DNA of 64,000 nt from Tubulanus polymorphus. Taxonomy: Eukaryota; Animalia; Nemertea. The notes under the pieces were generated by a model, which was given only the letters and a program-made list of their open reading frames with translations, made no database searches and was not told the origin of the DNA. Below are positions 11,297 through 23,734 of this stretch, piece by piece; within the stretch, counting starts at the first letter, position 1; each line of letters starts with the position of its first letter. The position numbers and the translations under genes are program-made. The stretch is taken from positions 930,001 to 994,000 of the forward strand of contig NC_134034.1 in NCBI RefSeq assembly GCF_964204645.1, written 5' to 3'.

Positions 11297-14196
11297 ATGT
11301 CGTCAGTGCTGCCACCTATCAGCTGGTTGTCGTCTATAGTCACGTGTTTACTGATCGTATGCTGCTGTACTGCTGGTGCTGATGCTGGTTCTGAAGCAGC
11401 AACTATTGCTAACTGTCCTCGAGCGTGTAACTGTGTTTGGTAAATTTGGATTTTGTTTACATCATAACATTGAACATGAAATCTTAAAATCCATAACTGA
11501 CCCTGGTATCGGGACCCTAGTTTTGCCTAAATCTATTGCTTTCTAACTTGCTGAATACTGAAACCGTTTTTTCAAAATGGCGTCTATTTGAAGGCGATGT
11601 GAGATTCTCTGCTCAGTAAGCCTGCTATAGTAGTAGTCAATCAGTTTGCCGATAGAGGGGAGTGTTTTCAGATGGCGGCGCCTAATAAAATACATTTTTG
11701 AGCGACTGGTCCCTGTTGCGTCCTGGGAACTAAATCGGATTAGCTATTTGTAGGACTGGTTGAAATCCACACTGTTTTCTATCCGTTTCAGGGATACTTA
11801 CTACTACGGCGTAGTTGTCCATTGCGCCGGCAGAGGGCTCCGTTCGTTACCGTTAAAATTTCCATCACTGACGTCACAAATCGATGCGTCGAATAATTCG
11901 ATCGCGTCCGTTAAACGACCGTTACCCGACATGCCCAAGTTGACGCATTTAAATTTGAATCGTAATATGATTACGGACCTGCCGAAATCACTGGGAAACC
12001 TACCCTCATTACAGGTAATTACAAAACCTTCGCCTTTCCCCCTATGACATCACTACTTTCATCGCTCAATGAACTAAATCGTTTGAAGATGAACTTAGAT
12101 TCAACAATCAAGCCGCTATGAATTTGGTTGATTGGCTGCTGCGATTTGTCTTATTCTAATCAACGCAGCCATCTTGGATCTCACGCGATTTCGGACAAGT
12201 CACGCGAGATCCAAGATGGCCGCCTAATTTCCGTTTTATTTCATTATTTTTCATGACTGAAATCGTTTAATGTTTCTTTTTAATGCCGCAGAATTTGGGT
12301 CTAGAAGGTAACAGACTGGGGTCATTGAGTGCGGATCTATTCCGGGCGACTCCGAGTTTACAAACTCTCAATCTCGCCGATAACAACCTTGACTTTCTAC
12401 CGGCCGGTCTGCTGACTAGGTTGGCGAATCTAAAATCGATCGATTTACGAGGAGGAAATTTCGGATTATTGGATACGATGCCGGCGATTTTAAACGGTTG
12501 TCCGTCGCTCGTCGAGGTCTACCTGGACGACGGTAACACCAAACGGCTGATCGGGGACAATTTCAAAAACTCGAAAAATCTCGGAAAAATATTCTACGAG
12601 GGCATTCCCGAAAAGGTCGATTTCGCCGGAAGTGACGTCGTAGTAACTATAGTTCCGAAACCGAACACGACCGATGACGTCACCGTGTTGTCGCAGACGG
12701 CGCTAGTAACGGGCGGGAAAATTCGCCTCAGTTTTAAACAGCAGCCGACATTCGCGGAACTGGCGGGAAATTTATCGCTTTTCGAGAACGCGACGGAATT
12801 GTCGTTAGCATTCACCGGGCTCGATCGACTGACGACGGTCGGTGACCTCGACCTCGGGCGTCTGCGTAATTTCGGCGAGATCGTACTGGCCGAAATCCCG
12901 TTAAACCTCGGTTCGATCGTCAAACTGTTGTCGCAATTCGAGAATCGTACGATACGATCGGTGACGATTTCCAACACGAAACTAATGACGAATTCCAGCC
13001 GCGATTTGAATTCGTTCAACAATGTCGACGGTTTAACGGATTTGGATTTATCGTTGAATACGATTCGTACGATCGATCCTGGAATCTTCGAGGGTTTGAA
13101 ATCGTTGAGACGCCTACTGCTTCAGTCGACCGGAATACAGGCGCTGGTCGCTAGGCAATATCTTCACAACGAGCGGTTAGAAATCATCGATCTTAGCGGA
13201 AACGGAATCTCGTCATTCGACTTCGCGACCACTCTCAACAGGTGCCCGCGTCTGCGAGAACTTTACATATCCCATAATGCTCTACGGCACGAGAAGCCGG
13301 TCGTATTTCCTGCGGCGGATAATCTGATGGCCTTGAACTTGGATTATAATCAGTTGACCGGCGCGCTTGATTTCAGAAATTTGAAAGGATTGGAACGTCT
13401 TAGTTTAGAAGGCATCTACCCGCGACTGCAGGGGACGTTTCCACTGTTCAACGTCAAAATAAACGGTTTGGATAAATTAGAATCGATTAATCTCGGACAA
13501 AACGGAGCCAGAATTACGCCGACGCTATTCAACGGAATGACCAGTTTACGGACTCTGATTCTGGCCGGTAACGCCCTGGTGAAGGTGAAGGTCACGGATT
13601 TAAGGCAGAGTTTCGTGGATTTGAAATCGTTGAAGGAGTTAGATCTTTCCGGAAACGGACTAGTGGCGCTACCTAGCGACATGTTCAAATACTTGAAATC
13701 GGTGAGTTTCGTGAATCTAGCGGATAACAAACTGCTGGTTCTGGAGACGGGTTTGTTCAAACCAATGACGTCATTACTCAAACTAAACATCGCCCACAAC
13801 GTCCTAGCCACTATATCACGTGACACGATCACCGAATTCCGACCAATCAAAGACCTGCAAATATCGGCGAACAGTTTCCGGTGCGAGTGCGACCTGAGAC
13901 CGTTCAGGGATTGGTTGCAGTCGTCTGCCAGTAAACACCGTCGAGTTATCGGAGCCGCCCAGCTCTGTACATCGCCGATAGACTACCGTACGTCTGGGGT
14001 GACCGTCGATTCGTTCACGCTACCCTGGGTTACGTGTGACGGTAACGGTACGCTAGTGACGTTTCTAATTGTTATACCTATTGTTGTAGTGATAGCCGTA
14101 GCTATATGGCGTTTCTGTAGACGTAGAGGTCTCTGTCGTCGCCGGAAGTACCTTCAATTCGACGACGGTTCCGGTACGGGTACTATCCGATTTTAG
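11297..14196 (+). CDS. Toll-like LRR type I membrane protein lacking a TIR domain (~756 aa); exons 11297-11439, 11792-12014, 12292-14196
   Basis: Phase-consistent GT-AG introns; signal peptide, LRRNT (CPRACNC..VHC), many LxxLxLxxN repeats, LRRCT (NSFRCECDL..W..C..C), TM (TLVTFLIVIPIVVVIAVAIW) and a ~27-aa tail. Confidence 0.9.
12168..12220. mobile_element. Short palindromic MITE-like hairpin in LRR gene intron 2
   Basis: Inverted arms gccatcttggatctc / gagatccaagatggc. Confidence 0.5.
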
Positions 14197-14839
14197 ACTC
14201 ACATTCGAGGGTCAATTCTAGTCACCGGTTTTAACTATATTTGAATTGATGACTTGTTAAGAAAGAGAAAGACGGTCCAGCGATACATTAAGGTCAAAAG
14301 AATTAGAATTTGAGATTAATTCTACAATACACAATACAATGAGTTTATCCTCGGCTTTAAGTTAAAAGGCGCGACCGACTCTGCCGTTTTGCCGAACTTG
14401 CCGTTTTGCCGAACTCGACCGGTTAGTCAAAGGCGACGTACTTCGGGCTGATTTATAGAAAAATGGCTCTAGGATCCAGTTTCACAAACGGAGATTGAAT
14501 TTGACTTGAAGAATTAAGATTAGTTGATTTATGATGTTTTAACTGTAAATTTAACGGTCGCCCGACGAAAGAAATGCGGAACTTGCGCCAGGATTTAAAT
14601 GTGATATACGTTCTCTGATTGGTCGATGTATACGACCAGCCATTCCCACCGAACAACCAATCAAATCTAAGCACGCACCTGCCACTAGATAGGTATATCG
14701 GCGTAAATCAATAATTGTTACATTTTCAATAAAATTGTCGTGCGTTCATTTGTACAAAAGGTTTCTTTTCAAATCATTCAAATAAGGAATGATTAGGTTT
14801 TTTTTTCACAAGCGACGAAAAACGAGGTTTTCGTGTACG

Positions 14840-14911
14840 AAAAAATATTCGGACTCGAACCTGGGGCTCTAGCTCGCTAGGCCAACGTGCGAACCGCTGC
14901 GCCAATCACGT
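14840..14911 (-). pseudogene. tRNA(Ala-AGC)-like SINE head or tRNA pseudogene
   Basis: Minus strand: A-box TGGCGCAGCGG, anticodon loop CT-AGC-GA, B-box GGTTCGAGTCC, then a T-run; no acceptor stem. Confidence 0.5.
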
Positions 14912-15425
14912 ATATAAATTCTGGCGACTTCAGGACTAACAAATAGATACGACTATGACGGCGACTTCGATCTAACTGACGACTCGAGCGGGTTTTCGCT
15001 GTTTATACATTTTCATAGTCATTGACAAATTCAGGGGATCTGTTATATAGATCTCTTATTGCGTTTGAGCGCTCTGCGCGCCCTTTATTGGACACTTTCA
15101 ATTATTTCTTCTAAATCTCCTACATATTAATCTCTTATCTTTTTAATGTGTTTATTTTTGGTTCAACTCGAACCCATTACAGGCATTAGAAACACAACAC
15201 TGAAATTTACAGATTTGATAACACTGTAGAAAAAAATTACAAATTTAATAACTCAATATTATTGGCGTTTGGTATTGCTACTAATGAACATTATGTACCT
15301 TAGCGACCCGAACTTAATAATTTAACGATATAAAGTCAAATTTTATATAATAAAAGAAAAAATTTGCGTTTGAGCGCTCCGCGCGCCCTCTGTTGGACGC
15401 ACTTAATATTCAAATCGTTTCTTCT

Positions 15426-16391
15426 CTATCGAGCACCTGTTGGTTTTCGTCTGCCGAATTTTGAGAGGAAATCTTGACGGAATTCCCGCGAACTCAAACA
15501 ATACAAGTAAAAATTCATGGCCGAATTGACGGCGTTGCAGGCCCTGGTTATCCAGGATATAGCGTTCACGAAACCGACGGATAGCGTTAACCCGGATATC
15601 TGACGGATACAGTTGCCGACTAATAACGGTATATTGAGAACTATAAAAACGAACGACACTACACAAAGCATTATAGTTAAAGATATATTAGTTTTGGCGG
15701 TTTTAGAATTCGATGTCGATTCACTCAATTTTGTTCGCATTTGCGCGTAAATGCCGAGTTTGACGGCTATACTAACGTTACAAATACAAATACCCAAAAA
15801 CGGCACCCAGAACCTGAGCAAAGAACGAACGACCGTTCTAACGATTGGATAATTCAACATGTCACAATCACCGACCCCGTTACTGGACACGATGTATACA
15901 GAATTCGTAGCAAGCTGATAGTTGAATATAATCTGCGTGAAGATGAGCGCAGTAAGACAAAGAGCCGCCTTCCGCACCGTGCACAGCGTCCGCGCCATCA
16001 TCGGCACGAACACGACTATCAGGCGATCAAAACTGATGAATGTCAAGGTCATATTCGACATCGACGGGCACAGGAAAATGAGCGCCATGTAGAAACTACA
16101 GAACCCCGGAGAGAGTACGGCGCGCGTAAACGCTATTCTCAGGAACAGGACTGGTACCGACACCGACACGGCCAGACCGTCGAATAGCGATAACGCGATC
16201 ATAAATATTCCAGTTGATGTCCGGTAATATCTGGATCCCGACATCAGGACGCGTAACGTCAACACGTTTCCTATTGTACCAAATAGAAACGTTACTGGCA
16301 ATACGAAATACGTCACAATCCAGACGAGAATATCTATCAGACCACGCCCACTATCGCTATCAACCAATACCGTCACGTTATTGCCGTACAT
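15426..16391 (-). CDS. Intronless class A GPCR, invertebrate peptide-receptor-like (FMRFamide/Srw-like group), 321 aa
   Basis: Seven hydrophobic segments; TM1 GTIGN, TM2 LSLFD, TM3 C...DRL, TM5 P, TM7 NSAMNFYLY, helix 8 (FRQDF); N-terminal NVT sequon. Confidence 0.9.
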   Translation of the reverse strand: MYGNNVTVLVDSDSGRGLIDILVWIVTYFVLPVTFLFGTIGNVLTLRVLMSGSRYYRTSTGIFMIALSLFDGLAVSVSVPVLFLRIAFTRAVLSPGFCSFYMALIFLCPSMSNMTLTFISFDRLIVVFVPMMARTLCTVRKAALCLTALIFTQIIFNYQLATNSVYIVSSNGVGDCDMLNYPIVRTVVRSLLRFWVPFLGICICNVSIAVKLGIYAQMRTKLSESTSNSKTAKTNISLTIMLCVVSFVFIVLNIPLLVGNCIRQISGLTLSVGFVNAISWITRACNAVNSAMNFYLYCLSSREFRQDFLSKFGRRKPTGAR

Positions 16392-17225
16392 TCTCCGAAC
16401 GTCTTCAATCTGCTGTCTATACTGCCGTTCATTTCTGTCTATATGTCTATTTATGTCTGTCTCTTAGTCGAATGAATCTTCAAATTTGTACCATTAGAAA
16501 TTTCTGAAGTTTGTATAGCCGCGCTTTCAAAACGGTTTCAAATAAGATTTCGTCATAATTTTTTTTAACATCGCTCAGAAAATAAAGGCTAATTCATCTT
16601 CAACTCTGAATCCAATCTTGATTCACAACTGTGGAAATGGAGCCTGATTTCACAGTTAACTCTAACTCACAACTGTGGAACTGGATCCTGAGTTCACAGT
16701 TAACTCTTACTAACAACTGTAGAACTGGATCCTGATTTCACAGTTAACTCTTACTAACAACTGTGTAACTGGATCCTGATTTCACAGTTAACTCTTACTA
16801 ACAACTGTGGAACTGGATCCTGAGTTCACAGTTAACTCTTACTAACAACTGTGGAACTGGATGATGAGTTCTGAGTTAACTCTTACAACTGTGGACTATG
16901 AATTTACTAGATGTGATAAATTCTCAGCAATAACTGTATCAGCAGGCGACAGTTCTTTATATCAAAAAAGCAGTGCAATTGTGATCTCTGGTTAGGGACC
17001 TAGTCATCACCACGGAGAATGTGACCACCAGGGGACGCCACCATTGTCAACCAGTGATCTGTCTGCCACTAGGAGGCGTATTGATCGATTATTCCACGTA
17101 AATGGAAACCTGACGACGAAAAAAAATTTCAATCTAGGTGTTTTTATTTGAAGTTACGTCCCGATGATACCAGTAGAGAAATGATTTCGTTAATAAATGA
17201 GTTGATCCATTTAAAAGGGAAATTA

Positions 17226-17405
17226 TCAACAAGTGAGTTGTTCTTCCGCGCAATGGTTAATACATGCGATTCTTCCATCATGAGAAGTTGCCCCCAATTC
17301 ACAGAAAAACTCACAGGCCTGCATATTTTCCAAACGACGACTATCACAATCTTTGATTGAATGAGCGCCACCTGCGATCATCATCAGAACTAGAACTACC
17401 AGATA
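17226..17405 (-). CDS. Secreted Cys-rich peptide paralog 1, exon 2 (6 Cys); own first exon appears deleted
   Basis: After a tttcag acceptor: YLVVLVLMMIAGGAHS-IKDCDSRRLENMQACEFFCELGATSHDGRIACINHCAEEQLTC*; AATAAA at ~17143-17148. Confidence 0.75.
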   Translation of the reverse strand, partial: YLVVLVLMMIAGGAHSIKDCDSRRLENMQACEFFCELGATSHDGRIACINHCAEEQLTC

Positions 17406-17807
17406 CTGAAAAGAAAGTATATGAGTGTGAAATATGTGTATTACATTATTCCTACAAAAACTCGATCCACAGAAATTCTGGAAATTATGTACAACTATTT
17501 GAATGTTAAAATTGAAGGATGACCCGTAGACTTTTGTTTCCAGTGAGGACTTCGCAGTTGTCTATGGGCACTCGAGGATTCCACTAGTGGAAAGTGGGGG
17601 ATCCACCAGATGTCGTTAGTGTGCACTTGGACTGAAACTACACTGTGGCTACTGTGGCAATGGATGATATCATTTGTGGCAAGCTAGAATCCACTAGGTG
17701 TCGCTAGTGAGCACTTGGACTTAAGATGAACTGATGCTACGGTGGCAATGGAGGATTCCGCTTATGGCAAGTTAGGATCCACCAGGTGTCGCTAATGTAC
17801 ATTAGCA

Positions 17808-17967
17808 TATTATTAACTTTTGGGTTAAAACAGTATCTGGAAAGCAAACCAAACTTAATTCAGTATTTTGTAAAATATCTTTCAATTTATTTTTAAGGGA
17901 TAAATTTAAGAGCCCTTGGTTAGGGTTATATATTTTGTTACGTTTTAATTCTCTAAATTTTAATCAC
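17808..17967 (+). mobile_element. Internally deleted remnant of the LINE at 19506-20291 (co-duplicated)
   Basis: Encodes IINFWVKTVSGKQTKLNS..RDKFKSPWL, then jumps to the LINE 3'UTR sequence tatattttgttacg. Confidence 0.7.
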
Positions 17968-18500
17968 ATCGTGAAATATGTTTTACTGCATGTACGAATA
18001 CAAATTGATTATAGCGGTTTTAAATGCATGGGTTCCTGATAAACAGAATTGTTGAAATCATGAAGTTGATTACTCAGTTGTCGTTCAACGATAACGAATA
18101 TCATTGAATAAAAGCTGATGTAAAAAATGTTCATTTCCTTTTTTTAACTGAGCAAAAATAGTCGACATTTCGGACGGTTTAAATTGCAATATTTGATTCC
18201 ATAAGTCAACGATTGAGAATATGAATAGAAGTTATGTTAACTATTGAAGAAACGCTATCCCGTGTTGTGACGGTAAACAGACAATCCCACACTGGTATAA
18301 CTAAAGATGGTTACATTATTGAAATGCAAACCTTTGGACATTGAAAATAGTAAGTAATGATAGGAAAAAATGTTTATTGTCGGGATTTGAACCTGATTTG
18401 TACACAACACCTCATTGTATTATATCGCAGTAACACCTCACAAATTACTTTCGATATGACAGAGTTCGAACAAACACTATGGGACTATTCAGGTATGCAC

Positions 18501-18565
18501 TAAAGCCGCGGACAAACTGGGCGATTTCGTCGGGCGACGAAATCGCCCAGTTTGTCCGGGCCTTA
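18501..18565. mobile_element. TIR-only palindromic mini-element (Harbinger-like)
   Basis: Perfect 24-bp inverted arms 18509-18532 / 18535-18558, with TAA/TTA-like ends. Confidence 0.6.
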
Positions 18566-18906
18566 ATATCGGATTCAATCTCACCATTACGATTTCCTAG
18601 TTCTCCAACGCTACGAACCATGCAATACTCAGAAGACACTATCATGTTTTGTACAACATATTGCCCAATAAGTACGTGTGACGTTGCCGAAGTCATTACC
18701 GCTATCGTCATCTGGATACGATTAAAAAATAACCTTGCCTATTGTTGTTCTCTTCCACTAGGTGGCGTATCGATTTGATTCCGCCTCAAATTGAAAAACA
18801 AACAAATAATGAATTTAAGTTATGGTTTTTGTTTCTATTTGAAGTCCACTATCGATGATAAACTGATATTGTTATCAAACAAGTTGACCTATTTATAGGG
18901 AAATCA

Positions 18907-20370
18907 TCAACCAGTTCGTTCTTTTCTCACACATTCGTTACGGCATGCGACTATTTCGTTTCGAGAAGTTGCTCCCATTTCACACATAAACTCACAGGCC
19001 TGCATAAGTTCCAAACGACTATCCCTTTTATCTTTGATTGAATAAGCGCCACCTGCGATCATCATCAGAACTAGAACTACCAGATACTGAAAAGAAAGTT
19101 TATGAGTGTAAAATATGTGTAATTACATTATTCCTACAAAAACTCGATCCACAGAAATTCTGGAAATTATGTACAACTATTTGAATGTTAAAATTGAAGG
19201 ATGACCCGTAGACTTTTGTTTCCAGTGAGGAATCCACCATTGCCTATAGGCACGCGAGGATTCCACTAGTGGAAAGTGAGGATCCACCAGATGTCACTAG
19301 TTGTGCCAGTTGAGGACTTAAACTACACTGTGGCCACTGTGGCTTCTGTGGCAATGGAGGATATCATCATTTGTGGCAAGTCAGGATCCACTAGGTGTCG
19401 CTAGTGAGCACTTGGACTTAAGATGAACTGATGCTACGGTGGCAATGGAGGATTCCGCTTATGGCCGAGTTAGGATCCACCAGGTTTCGCTAATGTACAT
19501 TAGCATATTATTAACTTTTGGGTTAAAACAGTATCTGGAAAGCAAACCAAACTTAATTCAATACTTTATAAAATATCTTTCAATTTATTCTAAGGGATAA
19601 ATCTAAGAGCCCTTGGTTATCATTTATAAAGAAAACCTTTGATGACTGTGGTTTGTCCTGCATTTGGACGCAGCAATTCATGACAAACAGTAAATCTTTT
19701 TCAAAACGAATAAAACAGATACTCCGTGACCAACACCTTCAAGAAACTGTATCTGCCATAAATACTAATCCGATATGCACTAACTTTAGGCAATATAAAA
19801 ATGATGTTAGGTTAGAGAAGTATATAATAGAACTTGGTGATGACTTAGGAACTAGTTTATTTGAATTTAGGGTCGAGACCTATATTTTACCTGTGAACAA
19901 ATTTTCAAACCTTCATTTAGACAGAGCCGATAGAATATGCCCCACTTGTAATACTTTAGGTGACGAATCCCATTTTCTGTTTGACTGTACCTTACTTAAC
20001 GAACAACGCAAAAACTTTTTGAATTTGAATACCTTTAATACCCTTGATATTCTGAAAAACCCAACGGTCAACTTAGCTAAATTCATTAAGACCGGCTTAG
20101 ATGTAAATAGATCCCTCCAATAGTATATATAGTATTGTAAATAGTTGATGTATATATATTTTGTTACGTTTTCATTCTCTAAATTTTAATCACTTTAGTG
20201 TTGTTTTGTAAATATTTGTATATACATGTGTAATAGTTTTCCTCCATATACCATGGAAATGGTTGGAGTGTAAATAAAATCGTAATCGTAAACATAACCT
20301 ACTGCGGCAATAGAGGATTTGACAGTTTTTCAAAAGATAACTATTAATGAATTACCTTCGATGAGAACAT
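18907..20370 (-). CDS. Secreted Cys-rich peptide paralog 2 (4 Cys); exons 20370-20356, 19086-18907
   Basis: ATG TTC TCA TCG AAG|gtaatt ... tttcag|: MFSSKYLVVLVLMMIAGGAYS-IKDKRDSRLELMQACEFMCEMGATSRNEIVACRNECVRKERTG*. Confidence 0.8.
19506..20291 (+). mobile_element. 5'-truncated non-LTR retrotransposon (RTE-X-like) 3' fragment
   Basis: ORF2 C-terminus with CCHC motif (RICPTC..GDESHFLFDC), homologous to 26892-28755; 3' motif cctcca..accat..atggttggagtg and short (aatcgt)n tail; one frameshift near 19590. Clade is inferred. Confidence 0.85.
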
Positions 20371-21465
20371 TCTGCTCCGATTCTGTAGATTTCAGGTTCC
20401 CGATCGCGTTTGTGAAGTCGATGTGAAATATGTTTTACTGTATGTACGAATACAAATTGATTATAGCGGTTTTAAATCCATGGATAAACAGAATTTTTGA
20501 AATCAATCGACTTCAAGTTGATTACTCAGTTGTTATAAAAATATATTGTATTGAAATAAACAGCCATATAAAATATTGATTTCCTTTGTCCCTGAACGAA
20601 AATAGTGCATGGTTTTAACAAAGACTTTATTCATTATTCCTATGGAGTGAAATAGTTCTCGAATCGTTGAAGTCGAAAATGAAAAGGTCATCGTCAGTTA
20701 CTAATGATGGGGGATTATGAAATTATGATGTCTTTAATGAGAATAATCTCTGATTGAGGAGAACAGGAGCTGTCATAAAACCACAATGTGTGAAAGGAAT
20801 AAAAGTCCAATATTTGATTCCATATTTAACGTTTTATGGTCCATGAATGAGAAAAACGTTCATCGTCAGGAAAAAAACGTTTTTTTTTTCACGAAATAGG
20901 CACTGATTAATTTGCGAAAAACGTATTGTGTAGTCGAAAACGTTTTTTGTACTGTGTCCGTTGAACGTTTCATCGTTTGCGGGTGAAACTTTTTACAAAA
21001 AACCGTTTTGCGAAAAACGCGTTTTCTGTTATGGCGAAACAAAATGTTATGCCGTGTGCGGCGGGCTTAAGAATTTGTTGAAACACGTCGACTCTGCCTT
21101 AAAACTAACCTATTGACAGTACCGTTTGTGGCATCTGAAGCTATAAGCTTATCGGACAGAGAATAACTTTTTATTCACCTTACAAAACTTCTCAAAATAA
21201 AAGTAAACAGCGATTAACAGGTAGCGCTTCTGCTCTACGCCCTTAAATTAACATTTAATCATTTTGATTTTATCTAATTTTATTGTGCGGTATTTCACAA
21301 TGTTACCAATTGACTGAGTTTACAAGATTGACATTTTTAAGCTGTCCTATAATATAGAAATATCAGACCGATTTATAGAAAGCGTTCCGTTCTGTTCCTT
21401 TCTTCACGCATCACCGTGAACTTGAAGTTTAGTTGTTTCCGATAGATGGCGAACTAGTCGCGTTT

Positions 21466-22900
21466 TCACGCCTGCGGTAGTTTATAATAATCCCAAACGC
21501 TTTGGACCAACTCCATGTCTGCGGGTTTCCAGAAAATCAGTTCATCGATTATTACCGGCGCGTCCGTGAAAAGATTCGTACCTCGCTCGACCAGACAGGC
21601 TATCGTAGATTCGTCTCTGTATATTTCAGTGCTTTGTCCGAGAGAACCATTTACGTACATGTTCGCCCATTGCAGGTGACTCCAAGTGACTGTTACGTGG
21701 ACCCAGCCGACCCCGACTGCAGTTGTACTTGACAATTTTTGTTTTCTGACGTTGTTGCTGTTTTCGTAGCAAACCTCAATTTGCAGTTTCAGATAACCGC
21801 CTTGTTGTTGGTACATCCTTCTATGAGTATTAGTAAAGAAGTTGTGGTCAGTCTGATCTACCTCTGTGACGTACAACCAGAACATCAACGCAAACCCGTC
21901 CGGGCCGCATTCCGCATAATCCCCTGCGAAACAACCTAAATCTCTTACTGTCCCGAAACGGATGAAAGATCCTTTTACAGGCATTCGCAACGCGTATTTA
22001 GAGAACGTTCCGCCTATGACGTCGTAACCGGACCCGTACATAGTGGCGTTTAGTTTGGTGCCGATACAAACCGCGTTAGCCTTATCTACTTTATCCATCG
22101 AGAAATATTGAGATGCGTCTGCAGAAAAAAAATCAATCAATGAACATCGAATCGATTCATAAACCAAAGGATTCAATGTAAGCGATTTGTTTTATTACTA
22201 TTATATCCACTTACTTATCAATTGGTTTAACTAACTAATTATCGTAAGAACTAATCAATTAGTTTGATTAACAAATTTGTTTGATAAGTCATAATTTCAA
22301 TTAACCAGTCATTTAGATCGTCTGCTTACCATTCGTATAATATTCGCAGTTTCTACCGAAGAAACTCGTCGTGCATTCAACGCTGCCATCTACCGGATTT
22401 TCATTACCCTATTATGCAAATTATCACTTAATAGTTGAGCGATTTATTGTCAGGATTGAAAATAGTTTGAATCGTTTGAAAATACTTTCTATGAAAGTCA
22501 TGATCTTCAAAATTTCAAAATAAATGAAATGTGTAAATATTTTTTGCATAAATAAGATTGTCTACTTAGTTTGTGTTCTTACCGTTCGTTGCTCGTAGAA
22601 TTCCGTATCATCCGAAGTGGGTTCGAGTCCCGTACAATTCAAATCGGAAGTGCGCGAGTAATGGCGGCACATCCGGTTTGTTTTCGAGTATGAGACTGAT
22701 TGACAGCGATCGTCTGCCCCGCATCGTCTAAAACAGTCCAGATATCGTCGAGTTTCTTTGAAATCGTAGATCGACTCGAAAACAGGAATCATATTTTTAC
22801 AGTTTGGAGGTCGTTTGAAGCGCTGTTGCTCAGCCGTATCTTGGCCGTTTGCCAAATTCATCATTGTTACAAACCACACAGATAGGAACACAACTAACAT
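21466..22900 (-). CDS. Secreted PAN/Apple + partial EGF-like + LamG/concanavalin-A-like protein (~349 aa); exons 22900-22583, 22408-22330, 22118-21466
   Basis: Signal peptide; PAN-type CFRRCGADDRCQSVSY..MC; CTTSFFGRNC; LamG/pentraxin-like FALMFWL, WVHVTVTW, MYVNG, IIDELIFW; splice phases 0 and 1 are consistent. Confidence 0.8.
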
Positions 22901-23734
22901 GTTGTATCGGGTTCAACACGTCAGATATTTCTATAAGATAGTACAAAAATCGTTTTTTGAATTATGGGGCTAATTGTACAATTCAATGTTCAAAAGACAA
23001 GTGGGCACAGCCCACCTGGACTGAGGGACTGATTATGAAGAGCTTGTCTAAAGGACAACTTGGATGTTTTCAAAAAGGAAATGAATAATGTGAACCGCGC
23101 ACAGAAATGCAGCATATTTTCTTGTCTCCAAAAGCATGGTAGGCTTGTTCAAGTCTCATGATCGAGCCCCTTTGGTTCTGCCCCCGATTCATTTCACTAC
23201 AAAGAACAATTTTTCGTGCCCAAATTTTTGTTTACGCCACGGAGCTTACTATTCGGTCAGCATTCTTAGAAAGGAATCTTTCAACAATCGATTGTTTCAA
23301 AAGAAAATGCGTTTGTTAATAAGAAAAACGGTGAATAAGAAAAAAAAACGCTTTGAATAAGAAAAACGGTGAAATACAAGGTGTACCCCAAGGTGAAAAT
23401 AGATTCTTACAGTATGTATCAAATATAATGAGCTTTCTGCATGTGCTGAGTTGTGCCTTCAAAAATAAAAGGTGGGGGTACCTCAAGGGGAATAGTTGGA
23501 CTCGATAAGTTTTCAATGAGTCCCGATGAAATAAACGGAATACTTACCTGTAACGAGAGCGAATTTCAGATCCAAACCGAACGAATCGATTATCGCAATG
23601 AAAACTGAGAGCAGATTTCATAAAATAATTTAACCGTTGCGACTTTCGTTACGAGTCAGATATTTTGATAACCGTATTTTAATGAAGTACAGTGAATCGT
23701 ATTATCAGGGGACTTATTTCGGGACTCGCTGAAG

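Noticed and set aside
12594-13850. Antisense ORFs within the LRR gene (likewise within the GPCR and RT)
   Set aside because: Shadow frames of real coding sequence
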